Positions 13,419 through 25,354 are shown, numbered from the stretch's first letter. The stretch: 64,000 nt of DNA from Escherichia coli (GCF_003018235.1 NZ_CP027437.1), one strand, 5' to 3'. The notes: generated by a model from the letters alone, not told the origin. Numbers and translations are program-made.

Positions 13419-14504
13419 ATGACATTACTCGCTTCGCTGCGTGACTGGCTTAAGGCGCAACAACTGGATGCGGTGCTTCTCTCCTCACGGCAGAACAAAC
13501 AGCCGCATCTGGGGATCTCCAGCGGATCAGGCTATGTGGTGATTAGCCGTGAAAGTGCGCACATTCTGGTGGACTCGCGCTATTACGCGGATGTCGAAGC
13601 CCGCACGCAAGGTTACCAGCTACATTTGCTTGACGCGACGCACACGCTTGCAACCATCGTCAATAAAATCATTGCCGATGAGCAGTTGCAAACGCTCGGT
13701 TTTGAAGGCCAGCAGGTAAATTGGGAAACCGCGCACCGCTGGCAGTCTGAACTCAATGCGAAACTGGTAAGCGCCACGCCGGATGTGCTGCGGCAAATCA
13801 AAACGCCAGAGGAGGTGGAGAAAATCCGCCTCGCCTGTGGGATTGCCGATCGCGGAGCGGAGCATATTCGCCGCTTTATTCAGGCGGGGATGAGCGAATG
13901 CGAGATTGCTGCTGAACTGGAGTGGTTTATGCGCCAGCAGGGCGCAGAAAAAGCCTCTTTCGATACCATTGTCGCCAGTGGCTGGCGTGGGGCGCTGCCG
14001 CACGGCAAAGCCAGCGACAAGATTGTTGCAGCGGGCGAGTTTGTCACTCTCGATTTCGGTGCGCTGTATCAGGGTTACTGCTCTGATATGACGCGTACCT
14101 TGCTTGTGAATGGCGAAGGGGTGAGCGCCGAATTTCACCCGCTGTTTGACGTCTATCAGATTGTTTTGCAGGCACAGCTCGCAGCAATCTCCTCGATTCG
14201 CCCCGGCGTGCGCTGCCAGCAGGTTGACGACGCCGCGCGCCGGGTCATTACAGAAGCAGGTTATGGCGACTATTTCGGTCATAACACCGGTCATGCTATC
14301 GGTATTGAAGTCCATGAAGATCCGCGTTTTTCACCGCGGGACACCACGACGCTACAGCCAGGCATGTTACTGACCGTGGAGCCGGGGATTTATTTGCCAG
14401 GGCAAGGGGGCGTGCGCATCGAAGATGTTGTGCTGGTCACCCCGCAAGGCGCAGAAGTGCTCTACGCCATGCCGAAAACAGTGTTGCTCACGGGAGAGGC
14501 ATAA
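13419..14504 (+). CDS. ypdF: Xaa-Pro aminopeptidase (M24 family), 361 aa
   Basis: ORF track; synteny; stop overlaps the ypdE start (TAATG). Confidence 0.8.
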   Translation: MTLLASLRDWLKAQQLDAVLLSSRQNKQPHLGISSGSGYVVISRESAHILVDSRYYADVEARTQGYQLHLLDATHTLATIVNKIIADEQLQTLGFEGQQVNWETAHRWQSELNAKLVSATPDVLRQIKTPEEVEKIRLACGIADRGAEHIRRFIQAGMSECEIAAELEWFMRQQGAEKASFDTIVASGWRGALPHGKASDKIVAAGEFVTLDFGALYQGYCSDMTRTLLVNGEGVSAEFHPLFDVYQIVLQAQLAAISSIRPGVRCQQVDDAARRVITEAGYGDYFGHNTGHAIGIEVHEDPRFSPRDTTTLQPGMLLTVEPGIYLPGQGGVRIEDVVLVTPQGAEVLYAMPKTVLLTGEA

Positions 14505-15541
14505 TGGATTTATCGTTATTAAAAGCGTTGAGCGAGGCAGATGCGATCGCCTCCTCGGAACAGGAAGTGCGGCAGATCCTGCTGGAAGAAGCGGATCGCC
14601 TGCAAAAAGAAGTGCGATTTGACGGCCTGGGATCGGTGCTGATCCGCCTCAATGAATCGACAGGTCCGAAGGTGATGATCTGTGCGCATATGGATGAAGT
14701 GGGATTTATTGTACGCAGCATCTCCCGCGAAGGGGCGATCGATGTGTTGCCGGTTGGCAATGTACGCATGGCTGCCCGCCAGCTTCAGTCGGTGCGTATC
14801 ACTACCCGTGAAGAGTGCAAAATTCCAGGCCTGCTTGACGGCGACCGGCAGGGGAATGACATCAGCGCCATGCGCGTGGACATTGGTGCGCGCTCGTATG
14901 ACGAAGTGATGCAGGCGGGAATTCGTCCAGGCGATCGCGTCACCTTTGATACAACTTTTCAGGTTCTCCCTCACCAGCGGGTGATGGGGAAAGCCTTTGA
15001 TGATCGCCTCGGTTGCTATCTGCTGGTGACGTTACTACGTGAGCTGCACGACGCCGAACTGCCTGCGGAGGTGTGGCTGGTGGCCAGCTCCAGCGAAGAG
15101 GTGGGATTACGCGGCGGGCAAACCGCTACCCGTGCGGTTTCACCGGACGTTGCGATTGTGCTGGATACCGCCTGCTGGGCGAAAAACTTTGATTATGGCG
15201 CGGCTAACCATCGCCAGATTGGTAACGGCCCGATGCTGGTATTAAGCGACAAGTCGCTGATTGCGCCGCCAAAACTTACCGCGTGGATTGAAACCGTGGC
15301 GGCAGAAATTGGCGTGCCGTTACAGGCAGATATGTTCAGCAACGGCGGCACGGACGGTGGAGCGGTGCATTTAACTGACACCGGCGTACCCACGGTGGTG
15401 ATGGGGCCAGCGACGCGCCACGGACATTGTGCGGCATCGATTGCCGATTGCCGCGACATTTTGCAGATGCAGCAACTTTTATCTGCCCTTATTCAACGTC
15501 TTACCCGTGAGACGGTTGTTCAACTGACGGATTTCAGATGA
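14504..15541 (+). CDS. ypdE: M42-family aminopeptidase, 345 aa
   Basis: ORF track; synteny. Confidence 0.8.
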   Translation: MDLSLLKALSEADAIASSEQEVRQILLEEADRLQKEVRFDGLGSVLIRLNESTGPKVMICAHMDEVGFIVRSISREGAIDVLPVGNVRMAARQLQSVRITTREECKIPGLLDGDRQGNDISAMRVDIGARSYDEVMQAGIRPGDRVTFDTTFQVLPHQRVMGKAFDDRLGCYLLVTLLRELHDAELPAEVWLVASSSEEVGLRGGQTATRAVSPDVAIVLDTACWAKNFDYGAANHRQIGNGPMLVLSDKSLIAPPKLTAWIETVAAEIGVPLQADMFSNGGTDGGAVHLTDTGVPTVVMGPATRHGHCAASIADCRDILQMQQLLSALIQRLTRETVVQLTDFR

Positions 15542-15565
15542 TCTCCTGATTAACCCGGAGCGGTT

Positions 15566-18061
15566 ATGTTAACGATTCAATTTCTCTGTCCTTTGCCTAA
15601 CGGTATTCATGCTCGTCCGGCGTGGGAACTTAAAGAACAGTGCAGCCAGTGGCAAAGCGAAATCACTTTTATTAACCATCGCCAGAACGCAAAGGCCGAT
15701 GCGAAAAGTTCGCTGGCGCTGATTGGTACCGGCACTTTATTTAATGACAGTTGCAGCCTGAACATTAGCGGCAGCGATGAAGAGCAGGCGCGGCGCGTGC
15801 TGGAAGAGTACATCCAGGTGCGCTTTATCGACAGCGACAGCGTCCAGCCAACGCAGGCAGAACTGACGGCGCATCCGCTGCCGCGTTCATTAAGCCGTCT
15901 GAATCCTGATTTATTGTACGGCAATGTGCTGGCAAGCGGCGTCGGCGTGGGTACGCTGATCCTGTTACAGAGCGACAGCCTCGACAGTTACCGGGCGATC
16001 CCCGCCAGTGCGCAAGATTCCACCCGGCTGGAGCACAGCCTGGCAACGCTTGCCGAGCAACTGAACCAGCAGCTGCGTGAGCGTGACGGCGAAAGCAAAA
16101 CTATCCTCAGCGCCCATTTGTCGCTGATTCAGGATGATGAATTTGCAGGCAATATCCGTCGCCTTATGGCAGAACAGCATCAGGGACTGGGGGCGGCGAT
16201 CATCAGCAATATGGAGCAGGTTTGCGCCAAACTATCTGCTTCTGCCAGCGATTATCTGCGCGAGCGGGTCAGCGACATTCGCGATATCAGCGAACAGTTG
16301 CTGCATATCACCTGGCCGGAACTGAAGCCGCGCAACAATCTGGTGCTGGAAAAACCGACTATTCTGGTGGCCGAGGATTTAACCCCAAGCCAGTTTTTGA
16401 GCCTCGATTTAAAAAATCTTGCGGGCATGATTCTGGAGAAAACCGGGCGCACCTCGCATACCCTGATTCTGGCCCGCGCCTCGGCGATCCCGGTACTAAG
16501 TGGCTTGCCGCTGGATGCGATCGCGCGCTATGCCGGGCAACCGGCGGTGCTTGACGCCCAGTGCGGCGTGCTGGCGATTAATCCTGATGACGCGGTGAGC
16601 GGTTATTATCAGGTTGCGCAGACGCTGGCAGATAAACGTCAGCAGCAGCAGGCGCAGGCTGCCGCGCAGCTGGCCTATTCCCGTGATAACAAGCGCATTG
16701 ATATCGCGGCGAATATTGGCACCGCTCTGGAAGCGCCTGGCGCGTTTGCCAACGGCGCGGAAGGCGTCGGGCTGTTCCGTACCGAAATGCTCTATATGGA
16801 TCGCGACAGCGCGCCGGACGAGCAGGAGCAATTTGAAGCCTACCAGCAGGTGCTACTGGCAGCGGGCGACAAGCCGATTATCTTCCGCACAATGGACATC
16901 GGAGGCGATAAAAGCATTCCTTATCTGAATATTCCCCAGGAAGAGAACCCGTTCCTCGGCTATCGTGCGGTACGAATTTACCCGGAATTTGCTGGCCTGT
17001 TCCGCACTCAACTGCGGGCTATTTTGCGCGCCGCCAGTTTCGGCAACGCCCAGCTGATGATCCCGATGGTTCACAGCCTCGATCAGATCTTATGGGTGAA
17101 GGGTGAGATCCAAAAAGCGATCGTTGAGCTTAAACGCGATGGTCTGCGTCATGCAGAGACGATTACGCTGGGTATCATGGTGGAAGTGCCGTCGGTGTGC
17201 TACATCATCGATCACTTCTGCGATGAGGTCGATTTCTTCAGTATCGGTTCTAACGATATGACCCAGTATCTGTATGCGGTTGATCGTAATAACCCGCGCG
17301 TATCGCCGCTGTATAACCCGATTACGCCATCGTTCCTGCGCATGTTGCAGCAGATTGTTACCACTGCGCATCAGCGGGGTAAATGGGTAGGTATTTGCGG
17401 TGAACTGGGCGGTGAAAGCCGTTATCTGCCGCTACTGCTTGGGCTGGGCCTGGACGAGTTAAGTATGAGTAGCCCGCGCATTCCGGCGGTGAAAAGCCAG
17501 CTTCGTCAACTGGATAGCGAGGCGTGTCGGGAACTGGCGCGTCAGGCGTGTGAATGTCGCAGCGCGCAGGAGATTGAAGCGTTACTCACCGCCTTTACGC
17601 CGGAAGAAGACGTTCGCCCGCTGCTGGCGCTGGAGAATATCTTCGTTGATCAGGCCTTTAGCAATAAAGAGCAGGCGATCCAGTTCCTGTGCGGTAACCT
17701 CGGCGTTAACGGGCGCACTGAACATCCGTTCGAGCTGGAAGAGGATGTCTGGCAACGGGAAGAGATTGTTACCACCGGCGTTGGTTTTGGCGTAGCGATC
17801 CCGCACACCAAATCTCAGTGGATCCGTCATTCCAGTATCAGCATTGCCCGGCTGGTGAAACCGGTTGACTGGCAGTCAGAAATGGGCGAAGTCGAACTGG
17901 TGATCATGCTGACGCTGGGTGCTAACGAAGGGATGAACCATGTGAAAGTCTTCTCGCAGCTGGCGTGTAAACTGGTGAATAAAAACTTCCGCCAGTCGTT
18001 GTTTGCCGCGCAAGATGCACAAAGCATCCTGACGCTGCTGGAAACAGAATTAACCTTCTGA
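15566..18061 (+). CDS. fryA: PTS multiphosphoryl transfer protein (HPr-like, EI-like and EIIA-Fru-like domains), 831 aa
   Basis: ORF track; domain-like segments recognisable; synteny. Confidence 0.8.
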   Translation: MLTIQFLCPLPNGIHARPAWELKEQCSQWQSEITFINHRQNAKADAKSSLALIGTGTLFNDSCSLNISGSDEEQARRVLEEYIQVRFIDSDSVQPTQAELTAHPLPRSLSRLNPDLLYGNVLASGVGVGTLILLQSDSLDSYRAIPASAQDSTRLEHSLATLAEQLNQQLRERDGESKTILSAHLSLIQDDEFAGNIRRLMAEQHQGLGAAIISNMEQVCAKLSASASDYLRERVSDIRDISEQLLHITWPELKPRNNLVLEKPTILVAEDLTPSQFLSLDLKNLAGMILEKTGRTSHTLILARASAIPVLSGLPLDAIARYAGQPAVLDAQCGVLAINPDDAVSGYYQVAQTLADKRQQQQAQAAAQLAYSRDNKRIDIAANIGTALEAPGAFANGAEGVGLFRTEMLYMDRDSAPDEQEQFEAYQQVLLAAGDKPIIFRTMDIGGDKSIPYLNIPQEENPFLGYRAVRIYPEFAGLFRTQLRAILRAASFGNAQLMIPMVHSLDQILWVKGEIQKAIVELKRDGLRHAETITLGIMVEVPSVCYIIDHFCDEVDFFSIGSNDMTQYLYAVDRNNPRVSPLYNPITPSFLRMLQQIVTTAHQRGKWVGICGELGGESRYLPLLLGLGLDELSMSSPRIPAVKSQLRQLDSEACRELARQACECRSAQEIEALLTAFTPEEDVRPLLALENIFVDQAFSNKEQAIQFLCGNLGVNGRTEHPFELEEDVWQREEIVTTGVGFGVAIPHTKSQWIRHSSISIARLVKPVDWQSEMGEVELVIMLTLGANEGMNHVKVFSQLACKLVNKNFRQSLFAAQDAQSILTLLETELTF

Positions 18062-18063
18062 CG

Positions 18064-18921
18064 TTAGCCCTGAAAACGGGCGCTGTACTCTCCCGGCGTC
18101 AGACCAAACTGACGCCGGAAAACGCGACAAAAATAGTCGCTATCCGGAAAACCGCAACGCTGTGCCACTTCATGAATTGACAGATGATATTTCTGCAAAA
18201 TCATCCTCGCCTTCGCCATTCGCACCCAACGCACATACTCGATAAAACGCATCGTTCCATGCTGAGCAAACAGTTTTGACAGATGATTGGGCGTGATATT
18301 AAAAAACTGCGCCACGCTCTCGCGGGTGAGCGGCTGGGCATAATTATCCTGAACCCAGTTACAAATGCTGTGATAGAGAAAATCGCTGCGCGGCTGCGAA
18401 TTGCCCGGTGGCATATTCACCACGTTGCGGCAAAGATGCAGCAAACTTAACACCAGTGGCTGAATGATATTCTGCTCCAGCGGTGAACGGCTAAGATGGG
18501 TGAGGGCAGTAAGCATTGCTTCACCTTCGCCGCGTTGCAGGCTGGGAAGCTGGATCTGGCGAGCAGGATGCAACAACGACGTGGTACGGCTATCGTAAAA
18601 CGATAACCCAAGCCAGGTCGGTGCGAACACCAGGCTTAACAGCATCACCGGTTTGTTGTTGATCGGTAAATTAGCCGCGCGCGCTGGAATAAACAGCATT
18701 TCTCCTTCAACCATACGTTGCTGCTTTGCTTCCAGCAGATTGCCGTATTCGCCGCGCAGCACGATATCCAGACGGGGAAAATCAATACATAAACTGCCCA
18801 CCGGTAACGAGGCAGGCTGGCTGGCAAACCAGACGCGCCCCAGTAGTTGCGGGTTAAGCACCAGGCCGCTGAACAGATCGGCGAAAAATTGTTGATCGGC
18901 GGGCAAGCCTGGTGCTTTCAT
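18064..18921 (-). CDS. ypdC: AraC-family transcriptional regulator, 285 aa
   Basis: ORF track; C-terminal AraC-type HTH; synteny. Confidence 0.8.
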   Translation of the reverse strand: MKAPGLPADQQFFADLFSGLVLNPQLLGRVWFASQPASLPVGSLCIDFPRLDIVLRGEYGNLLEAKQQRMVEGEMLFIPARAANLPINNKPVMLLSLVFAPTWLGLSFYDSRTTSLLHPARQIQLPSLQRGEGEAMLTALTHLSRSPLEQNIIQPLVLSLLHLCRNVVNMPPGNSQPRSDFLYHSICNWVQDNYAQPLTRESVAQFFNITPNHLSKLFAQHGTMRFIEYVRWVRMAKARMILQKYHLSIHEVAQRCGFPDSDYFCRVFRRQFGLTPGEYSARFQG

Positions 18922-18933
18922 GAAAGTTCCCGA

Positions 18934-19668
18934 TTAAAGATGCATTAACTGGCGGAATTCTTTAACTTTGCTGCGGCTGACTGGCACTTCAAAATCCAGA
19001 TCTTTCAGCCGCAGAATGTAGGTGTTATTAAACCACGGTTCGATCTCGCGGATTTTGTTCAGATTGACACAAAATGAGCGATGGCAGCGGAAAAAATGCG
19101 ACGGCGGCAGCTTGCTGCAAAACTCGGTAATGTTCATCGGCATTACGTAGGATTCACGCCGCGTATAGACAAAGGTCATTTTCTCATGCGCTTCGGCGTA
19201 ATAGATATCGTTAATTGGCGTGACGATGATTCGCTCATCTTTCACCAGATTAATGGTGTCATTCTCACGCGTTACCGTCGTGGCAGGCGTACTGCTGGTC
19301 TGCTGTTGTTGCCAGGCTGCTTCCAGTTTTTGTAGCATCCCGGTAATGCGTGACTCCTGATACGGTTTGAGAATGTAGTCAAACGCCTCCAGTTCAAACG
19401 CTTCTACCGCATGTTCTTTCCATGCGGTGATAAACACAATAAACGGTTTATGGGCGAACTGGCTGATGTTTTGCGCCAGCAACACACCGTCCAGCGACGG
19501 AATATTGATATCCAGAAAAATGGCGTCGACGCGGTTATGCTGCAAAAACTTCAACACGTCCAGACCGTCGTCAAAGGTGCCGACAATCTCCATCTGGCTG
19601 TGCTCTTTAATTAGCCAGCTCAGTTCCTGTTGTGCCAGGAATTCGTCTTCAACAATGATGACTTTCAC
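18934..19668 (-). CDS. ypdB: LytTR-family response regulator, about 244 aa (GTG start inferred; ORF extends to 19686)
   Basis: ORF track; receiver plus LytTR domains; partner of ypdA. Confidence 0.75.
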   Translation of the reverse strand: MKVIIVEDEFLAQQELSWLIKEHSQMEIVGTFDDGLDVLKFLQHNRVDAIFLDINIPSLDGVLLAQNISQFAHKPFIVFITAWKEHAVEAFELEAFDYILKPYQESRITGMLQKLEAAWQQQQTSSTPATTVTRENDTINLVKDERIIVTPINDIYYAEAHEKMTFVYTRRESYVMPMNITEFCSKLPPSHFFRCHRSFCVNLNKIREIEPWFNNTYILRLKDLDFEVPVSRSKVKEFRQLMHL

Positions 19669-19682
19669 AATATCACTCCGGC

Positions 19683-21380
19683 TCAAAGCAATAACGTAGC
19701 CTGTGAGGCGACTGGGGTGCGTTGGTTAGGAATGTAAAACGCAATTTCCGTCCCCGGTTCCAGGCGGCGGATATGCAGCCCCTCGCCATACAATAACTTC
19801 ACGCGATGATGGACATTCAGCAGGCCAATTTTATTGCCCGGCATTTCGTTCGCTTCGACCCGCTCAATCACCTTTGGATCGATGCCGTGCCCGGTATCTC
19901 GCACCGCAATACGTACCCGATTACCGCACTCTGCAACGCTGATGGTGACAACGCCTTTACCTTTGCAAGGCTGGATACCGTGGACAATGGCGTTTTCCAC
20001 CAACGGCTGGATCAGCAGGCTGGGAATGCAGCAATTCACCTCTTCATCAATATCATAGATAACCGTCAGCTTGTCGCCAAAGCGGGCCTGCTCAATGGCA
20101 ATATAGTCTTTAATTTGATACAGCTCTTTTTTGATATCGATTTGCTCATCGTCTTTTAATTCAATGTTATAGCGCAGATAACGCGACAGATTAAAGATCA
20201 GCTGGCGAGCGGTATCCGGATTCAGACGGATTGACGATGAAATAGCGTTCAAAGCGTTAAACAGGAAATGGGGATTAATTTTGCTTTGCAGGGCGCGAAG
20301 CTCTGCCTTATTTGCCATTTCACGTAGCTGCTCGGCGCGTGAAACCTCCAGTTGCGTGGAGATGATTTGCGACAGACCGACCGCCATTTCCTGTAATGAT
20401 GACGTAATCTGATGCGCGTGGCAGTAGTAAATTTTCAGTGTTCCGGTCACAACGCCTTTCTCCCACAATGGGATCACCAGCATGGAATGAATCTCTGGTG
20501 TGCGGTGGGCTTCATCATTGTTTTTAATGATGATTTTTCCGTAATTCATCGCCTGTCGGGTAGTCGGGCTAATGAAGTCATCGCCATTCTGATAGTTGTG
20601 TTCACCCACGCCAACATAGGCCAGCACATGATCGGTATTGGTAATCGCCACCGCATCGGCATGAATATCATCGCGGATAATTTCACAAACTTTGCGTAAT
20701 GACTCGCTATTGACATGGCGAAACAGCGGCAGCGTTTTGTTGGCGATATCCAGCGCCAGCTTGGCCTGCCGCGCGGCGCTGGCCTCTTTTTCGCCCTCAA
20801 CGCTTTGCACCAGCAGCACAATAAAGCCGATACAGACGCTACCGAGGATCATCGGAATCCCGATTTTAGAGACGATATCGATCCCCAACGCGGTAGTTGG
20901 TGCCCAGACAATCACCAGAATCATGGTCAACGTTTCACATAACATGCCGCCGAGAATACCGACGCGCCAGCGCTGTGCTTTGGGGATTTTCAGGTTGATC
21001 CAGCCCGATATACAACCCGCCAGAATGCTGGTGATAAAGCAGGGGATCGCCGTCACGCCGCCGATATCAATTAAATACCGGTGAATACCCGCAATCACGC
21101 CGGTAATGATGCCTACCCACGGGCCAAACAGAATCCCGCCTGACATCACCGCGATAATACGAACGTTCACTAGCGAGCCTTCTACGGGAACGCCGGACCA
21201 GGTGCTGAACAGGGCGAACAGCGAGAAAATGGCGGTAACAGCGAGCAGCTCTTTTGGGGAGTGCGCCGACTTGTGCAACAGTTCGCGAAACAGGCGGATA
21301 CGGATGAGAAAGAACAGGCAGATAAGCATTAACGCTGCCCGATCGAAGACCGCCAGCAGCATGTTGAATATTTCGTGCAC
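19683..21380 (-). CDS. ypdA: LytS-type sensor histidine kinase, 565 aa
   Basis: ORF track; 5TM-LYT N-terminus, GAF and HATPase regions; synteny. Confidence 0.8.
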
Positions 21381-21756
21381 GGGTGACTCTGAATAAGGAT
21401 TAAACCTCTATGATAGGTAACCTGAAGGCTGATGACCAGCAGGCCGTTTTTGAGGAAAAACCACAATTTTAAAAGGGGATTGAAAGATAAATGGTGTATT
21501 AGCAATGCATCTCTTGATAATGCACATCTGCTTGGTAAATTTATTGAAATTATAATGTTAATAAAATGAGTGGTAATTTTCTTGTTAGCGCAGATAAATT
21601 TCCTGTTTTTGAAGTGGAGTTCCTCATTTAAAGCCATTGATAAAAATGTTCTAAAACGCTGGACAGACAGAAATTAATCAGGCTATTTTCAAAACAGCCA
21701 CCATCGTGGCAGCGTCGCTCGGACGGTCCGGGCGCTAACGTTAATCTGAGGAAATT

Positions 21757-22995
21757 ATGGCTGACACTCGCCTTGAACGTCGCTTTACGCGCATTGATCG
21801 TCTCCCGCCCTACGTTTTTAATATTACCGCTGAACTGAAAATGGCTGCGCGTCGGCGCGGCGAAGATATTATCGATTTCAGTATGGGTAACCCGGACGGT
21901 GCGACTCCGCCGCATATCGTCGAAAAATTATGTACGGTGGCCCAGCGACTGGACACGCATGGTTACTCTACTTCACGCGGCATTCCGCGGTTACGTCGCG
22001 CCATTTCCCGCTGGTATCAGGATCGCTACGACGTCGAGATCGACCCGGAATCAGAAGCCATCGTCACCATTGGTTCGAAAGAGGGACTGGCGCATCTGAT
22101 GCTGGCGACGCTGGATCATGGTGACACTGTACTGGTGCCTAATCCAAGCTACCCGATTCATATTTACGGCGCGGTGATTGCCGGGGCGCAGGTACGCTCA
22201 GTGCCGCTGGTGGAAGGTGTCGATTTCTTCAACGAACTGGAACGCGCCATTCGCGAAAGTTATCCGAAACCGAAGATGATGATCCTCGGCTTCCCGTCGA
22301 ATCCAACCGCGCAATGCGTGGAGCTGGAGTTCTTCGAAAAGGTTGTGGCGCTGGCGAAACGCTACGATGTGCTGGTGGTCCATGACCTGGCCTATGCGGA
22401 CATCGTCTATGATGGCTGGAAAGCGCCGTCAATCATGCAGGTGCCGGGTGCACGCGATGTGGCGGTCGAGTTCTTTACGCTGTCGAAAAGCTACAACATG
22501 GCGGGCTGGCGTATCGGCTTTATGGTTGGCAACAAAACGCTGGTCAGCGCGCTGGCACGTATTAAAAGCTATCACGATTACGGCACCTTTACGCCGTTGC
22601 AGGTGGCAGCGATTGCGGCGCTGGAGGGCGATCAACAGTGCGTGCGCGACATTGCTGAACAGTACAAACTCCGCCGTGATGTACTGGTAAAAGGGCTGCA
22701 TGAAGCGGGCTGGATGGTCGAAATGCCGAAGGCTTCGATGTATGTCTGGGCGAAAATCCCGGAACCGTATGCTGCCATGGGCTCGCTGGAATTTGCCAAG
22801 AAGCTGCTGAACGAAGCGAAGGTCTGTGTCTCTCCGGGGATTGGCTTTGGCGACTACGGCGACACGCATGTTCGCTTTGCACTGATTGAAAACCGCGACC
22901 GTATTCGTCAGGCGATTCGTGGAATTAAAGCGATGTTCCGTGCCGACGGTTTATTACCCGCCAGCAGCAAACATATTCACGAAAACGCGGAATAA
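21757..22995 (+). CDS. alaC: glutamate-pyruvate aminotransferase (PLP-dependent), 412 aa
   Basis: ORF track; class I aminotransferase; synteny (yfdZ). Confidence 0.85.
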   Translation: MADTRLERRFTRIDRLPPYVFNITAELKMAARRRGEDIIDFSMGNPDGATPPHIVEKLCTVAQRLDTHGYSTSRGIPRLRRAISRWYQDRYDVEIDPESEAIVTIGSKEGLAHLMLATLDHGDTVLVPNPSYPIHIYGAVIAGAQVRSVPLVEGVDFFNELERAIRESYPKPKMMILGFPSNPTAQCVELEFFEKVVALAKRYDVLVVHDLAYADIVYDGWKAPSIMQVPGARDVAVEFFTLSKSYNMAGWRIGFMVGNKTLVSALARIKSYHDYGTFTPLQVAAIAALEGDQQCVRDIAEQYKLRRDVLVKGLHEAGWMVEMPKASMYVWAKIPEPYAAMGSLEFAKKLLNEAKVCVSPGIGFGDYGDTHVRFALIENRDRIRQAIRGIKAMFRADGLLPASSKHIHENAE

Positions 22996-23012
22996 ACACC
23001 GACCTCAAAAAT

Positions 23013-23045
23013 GCAAACAGGAGCCTGATGGCTCCTGTTTTTCAT
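23013..23045. terminator. bidirectional Rho-independent terminator after alaC
   Basis: stem aaacaggagcc / ggctcctgttt with loop tgat, T-run downstream and A-run upstream. Confidence 0.7.
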
Positions 23046-23059
23046 TGCACAGTTTGCTT

Positions 23060-23131
23060 TTAGATCATCAGGGCAAAAGTACCGGCCCAAACGATGACCA
23101 TAAAAGAAATGCCCATAAAGAAATATTTCAC
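23060..23131 (-). CDS. ypdK: 23-aa small hydrophobic protein, (V/M)KYFFMGISFMVIVWAGTFALMI, apparent GTG start
   Basis: manual minus-strand translation; matches my recollection of K-12 YpdK; below the ORF-track size cutoff. Confidence 0.6.
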   Translation of the reverse strand: MKYFFMGISFMVIVWAGTFALMI

Positions 23132-23486
23132 TTTACATCTCTCCGCGTAATTACTGTTACGCCTGAATGACTTCATTACACCTGATACAGTGAGTTGACA
23201 CCGGGCAAAACGACCTTAAAAGTCCTGTATTCTACCGTGGGCATCACCCCAGAATTCTGAGCTAAACTGCTCCAGACGGCGCTAATGTACGCCTAAAACT
23301 GAAACGAGACAAGAGGCATTTTCTTATTTACTTTTAGTAACTTACAGGTGTCTCATATCGGCGACAGTTTAATTTCTGACGGTAATAATTAGAGATTCAG
23401 CGAAGGAAAAAACCTTAAGAAAAAAGCCATAAAAACCATGAGGTTATTATGGCTGATTTGAGGAGGGAAAGAGTTAGAGCAGTTTG

Positions 23487-24407
23487 TTAAATGTATAGCG
23501 ACGATTCTCCCACCGGGCGCGTTTTAAAGCGACGGTGGATCCAGAGGTACTGCTCCGGTGCGCGCATGATCTCTTTTTCGATAATCTTGTTCATATAGGC
23601 AGCGGCTTGATTTTCATCTGCCGGGTAGCCTTCCATCTCTGGGGTGATGTACAAACGATATCCGCTGTAATCCGCTTTTCTTACCATCGTTACGGTTAAC
23701 ATGGCTGCGCCAGAGAGACGTGAAAGGACATACGTACCATTGGTTGTGGCGACATTTTCCACCGCAAAGAACGGCGCGAAGGAGCTGCCTTTACGACCAT
23801 AATCCTGATCGGGAGCAAACCATACCGCTTCACCTTTCTTCAGTGCACCGACAATGCCGCGCAGATTATTTCTGCCGATCATCGCTTTGTTAGAGCGCAT
23901 GCGCCCACGGGTCTGCACCCATTCCATCAGCTGATTATTATGTGGACGATAGGTAGCCATCATTGGTTGGCACAGTCCCATCACGCGGCCGCCCAGCTCC
24001 AGCGACATAAAATGGACGCCGACAACCATTACGCCGCGATTTTGCATTTGTGCGCGTTTAAGGTTATCCAACCCTTCAACATCAAACCATTTACGTACGC
24101 GACTGTCGGGCCAGAACCACGCCATGCCGGTTTCTACCAGCGCCATGCCGAGTGAACGAAAGTTTTCGGCAATCATCTTCTCGCGTTCTTCCGCAGAATG
24201 CTGTGGGAAACAAAGTTCCAGGTTTTTACGGGCGATAGATTCACGCCGTTTCAGGAATGGTCGCGCCATTGCGCCAATACGCGTGCCGAGAAAGCAGAGA
24301 ACAGGATAAGGAAGCTGTACCCAAAGCCAGAGTACACCAAGCCCAAACCATGTGAGCCAGTAGCGAGGATGTAGAAACTCGCGGGAAAATTTGCATTGTG
24401 GAAACAT
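23487..24407 (-). CDS. lpxP: lipid A palmitoleoyltransferase (cold-induced), 306 aa (ORF extends to 24473)
   Basis: ORF track; recalled LpxP; start taken at MFPQCKF. Confidence 0.85.
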   Translation of the reverse strand: MFPQCKFSREFLHPRYWLTWFGLGVLWLWVQLPYPVLCFLGTRIGAMARPFLKRRESIARKNLELCFPQHSAEEREKMIAENFRSLGMALVETGMAWFWPDSRVRKWFDVEGLDNLKRAQMQNRGVMVVGVHFMSLELGGRVMGLCQPMMATYRPHNNQLMEWVQTRGRMRSNKAMIGRNNLRGIVGALKKGEAVWFAPDQDYGRKGSSFAPFFAVENVATTNGTYVLSRLSGAAMLTVTMVRKADYSGYRLYITPEMEGYPADENQAAAYMNKIIEKEIMRAPEQYLWIHRRFKTRPVGESSLYI

Positions 24408-24759
24408 AGTTACCTTCTGTAGATACGAATTGTTGTATCGCAGAAGATTCCATGTCGACAGCGGTACACTCAATTGGTTGGGCCATCATGTACGACAATG
24501 GTTCCTGTAAAGAGTGTAAAGACTAGTCAGGACATAACCACGAGGAGCATGAATGCGGTGGCTCTACTTTATCACTGGCTGACTGCTTTCAGCTACTGAT
24601 TATTAATCGTGCAAAGTAAAAAATTTTCCGCACGCAATAGCGTTGCATTTAACGTGCTGTTTTCATTGATGCTTAGCAAAAATTGCCAGAGGTTAAGGAT
24701 TGTCTTACTATTAAAGTGACTGAAGTTACAGGTTTTTTAGCGCGGCAGGAGGTTGAGCT

Positions 24760-25002
24760 ATGATTTATTTATGGATGTTTCTCGCCCTGTGTATTGTCTG
24801 CGTAAGCGGCTACATTGGTCAGGTCCTGAACGTGGTATCGGCGGTCTCTTCTTTCTTCGGCATGGTGATCCTCGCTGCACTCATTTATTACTTCACCATG
24901 TGGTTAACTAGCGGTAATGAACTGGTGACGGGGATATTTATGTTTCTTGCCCCGGCTTGTGGCTTGATGATTCGCTTTATGGTGGGGTATGGCAGGCGGT
25001 AG
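24760..25002 (+). CDS. yfdY: small inner-membrane protein, 80 aa
   Basis: ORF track; two hydrophobic helices; synteny. Confidence 0.7.
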   Translation: MIYLWMFLALCIVCVSGYIGQVLNVVSAVSSFFGMVILAALIYYFTMWLTSGNELVTGIFMFLAPACGLMIRFMVGYGRR

Positions 25003-25078
25003 TGGGTCAGGATGGTTCATTTGGGCAGGTGTTCACATCAGCATCAGACATGATTGTTCACCTGCCGTGTGACAGACG

Positions 25079-25354
25079 CTATCGCACAGGATGGATAAGA
25101 TAATTCGCCTTTGTCGGAAAAGGGGGCGGAATTTCTTCTGTGAGGTTTAATGGTGGCGCATCTTCTCTCATCTTAAACAAAATCGCCTGTGATGGCTGAA
25201 GTTTTGTAGAATGAGTTGTCGTCATCATTGACGTTTTTTCTGTCTCTTTATAGCTCGTCTCACTTCCACCACCAGAAATGGAAAATGCAAAAACATTGCA
25301 TGCCATAATAGAGACCAATAAAAATAAGCTAAAAAGCATTAAGTTTACTTTCAT
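25079..25354 (-). CDS. ypdI: small putative lipoprotein, 91 aa
   Basis: ORF track; signal peptide with lipobox-like IMAC; synteny. Confidence 0.7.
   Translation of the reverse strand: MKVNLMLFSLFLLVSIMACNVFAFSISGGGSETSYKETEKTSMMTTTHSTKLQPSQAILFKMREDAPPLNLTEEIPPPFPTKANYLIHPVR

Noticed and set aside
19806-20159. Antisense ORFs within ypdA/ypdB (for example 117 aa on the plus strand)
   Set aside because: Entirely embedded opposite a coherent histidine kinase gene; no RBS or conservation argument.
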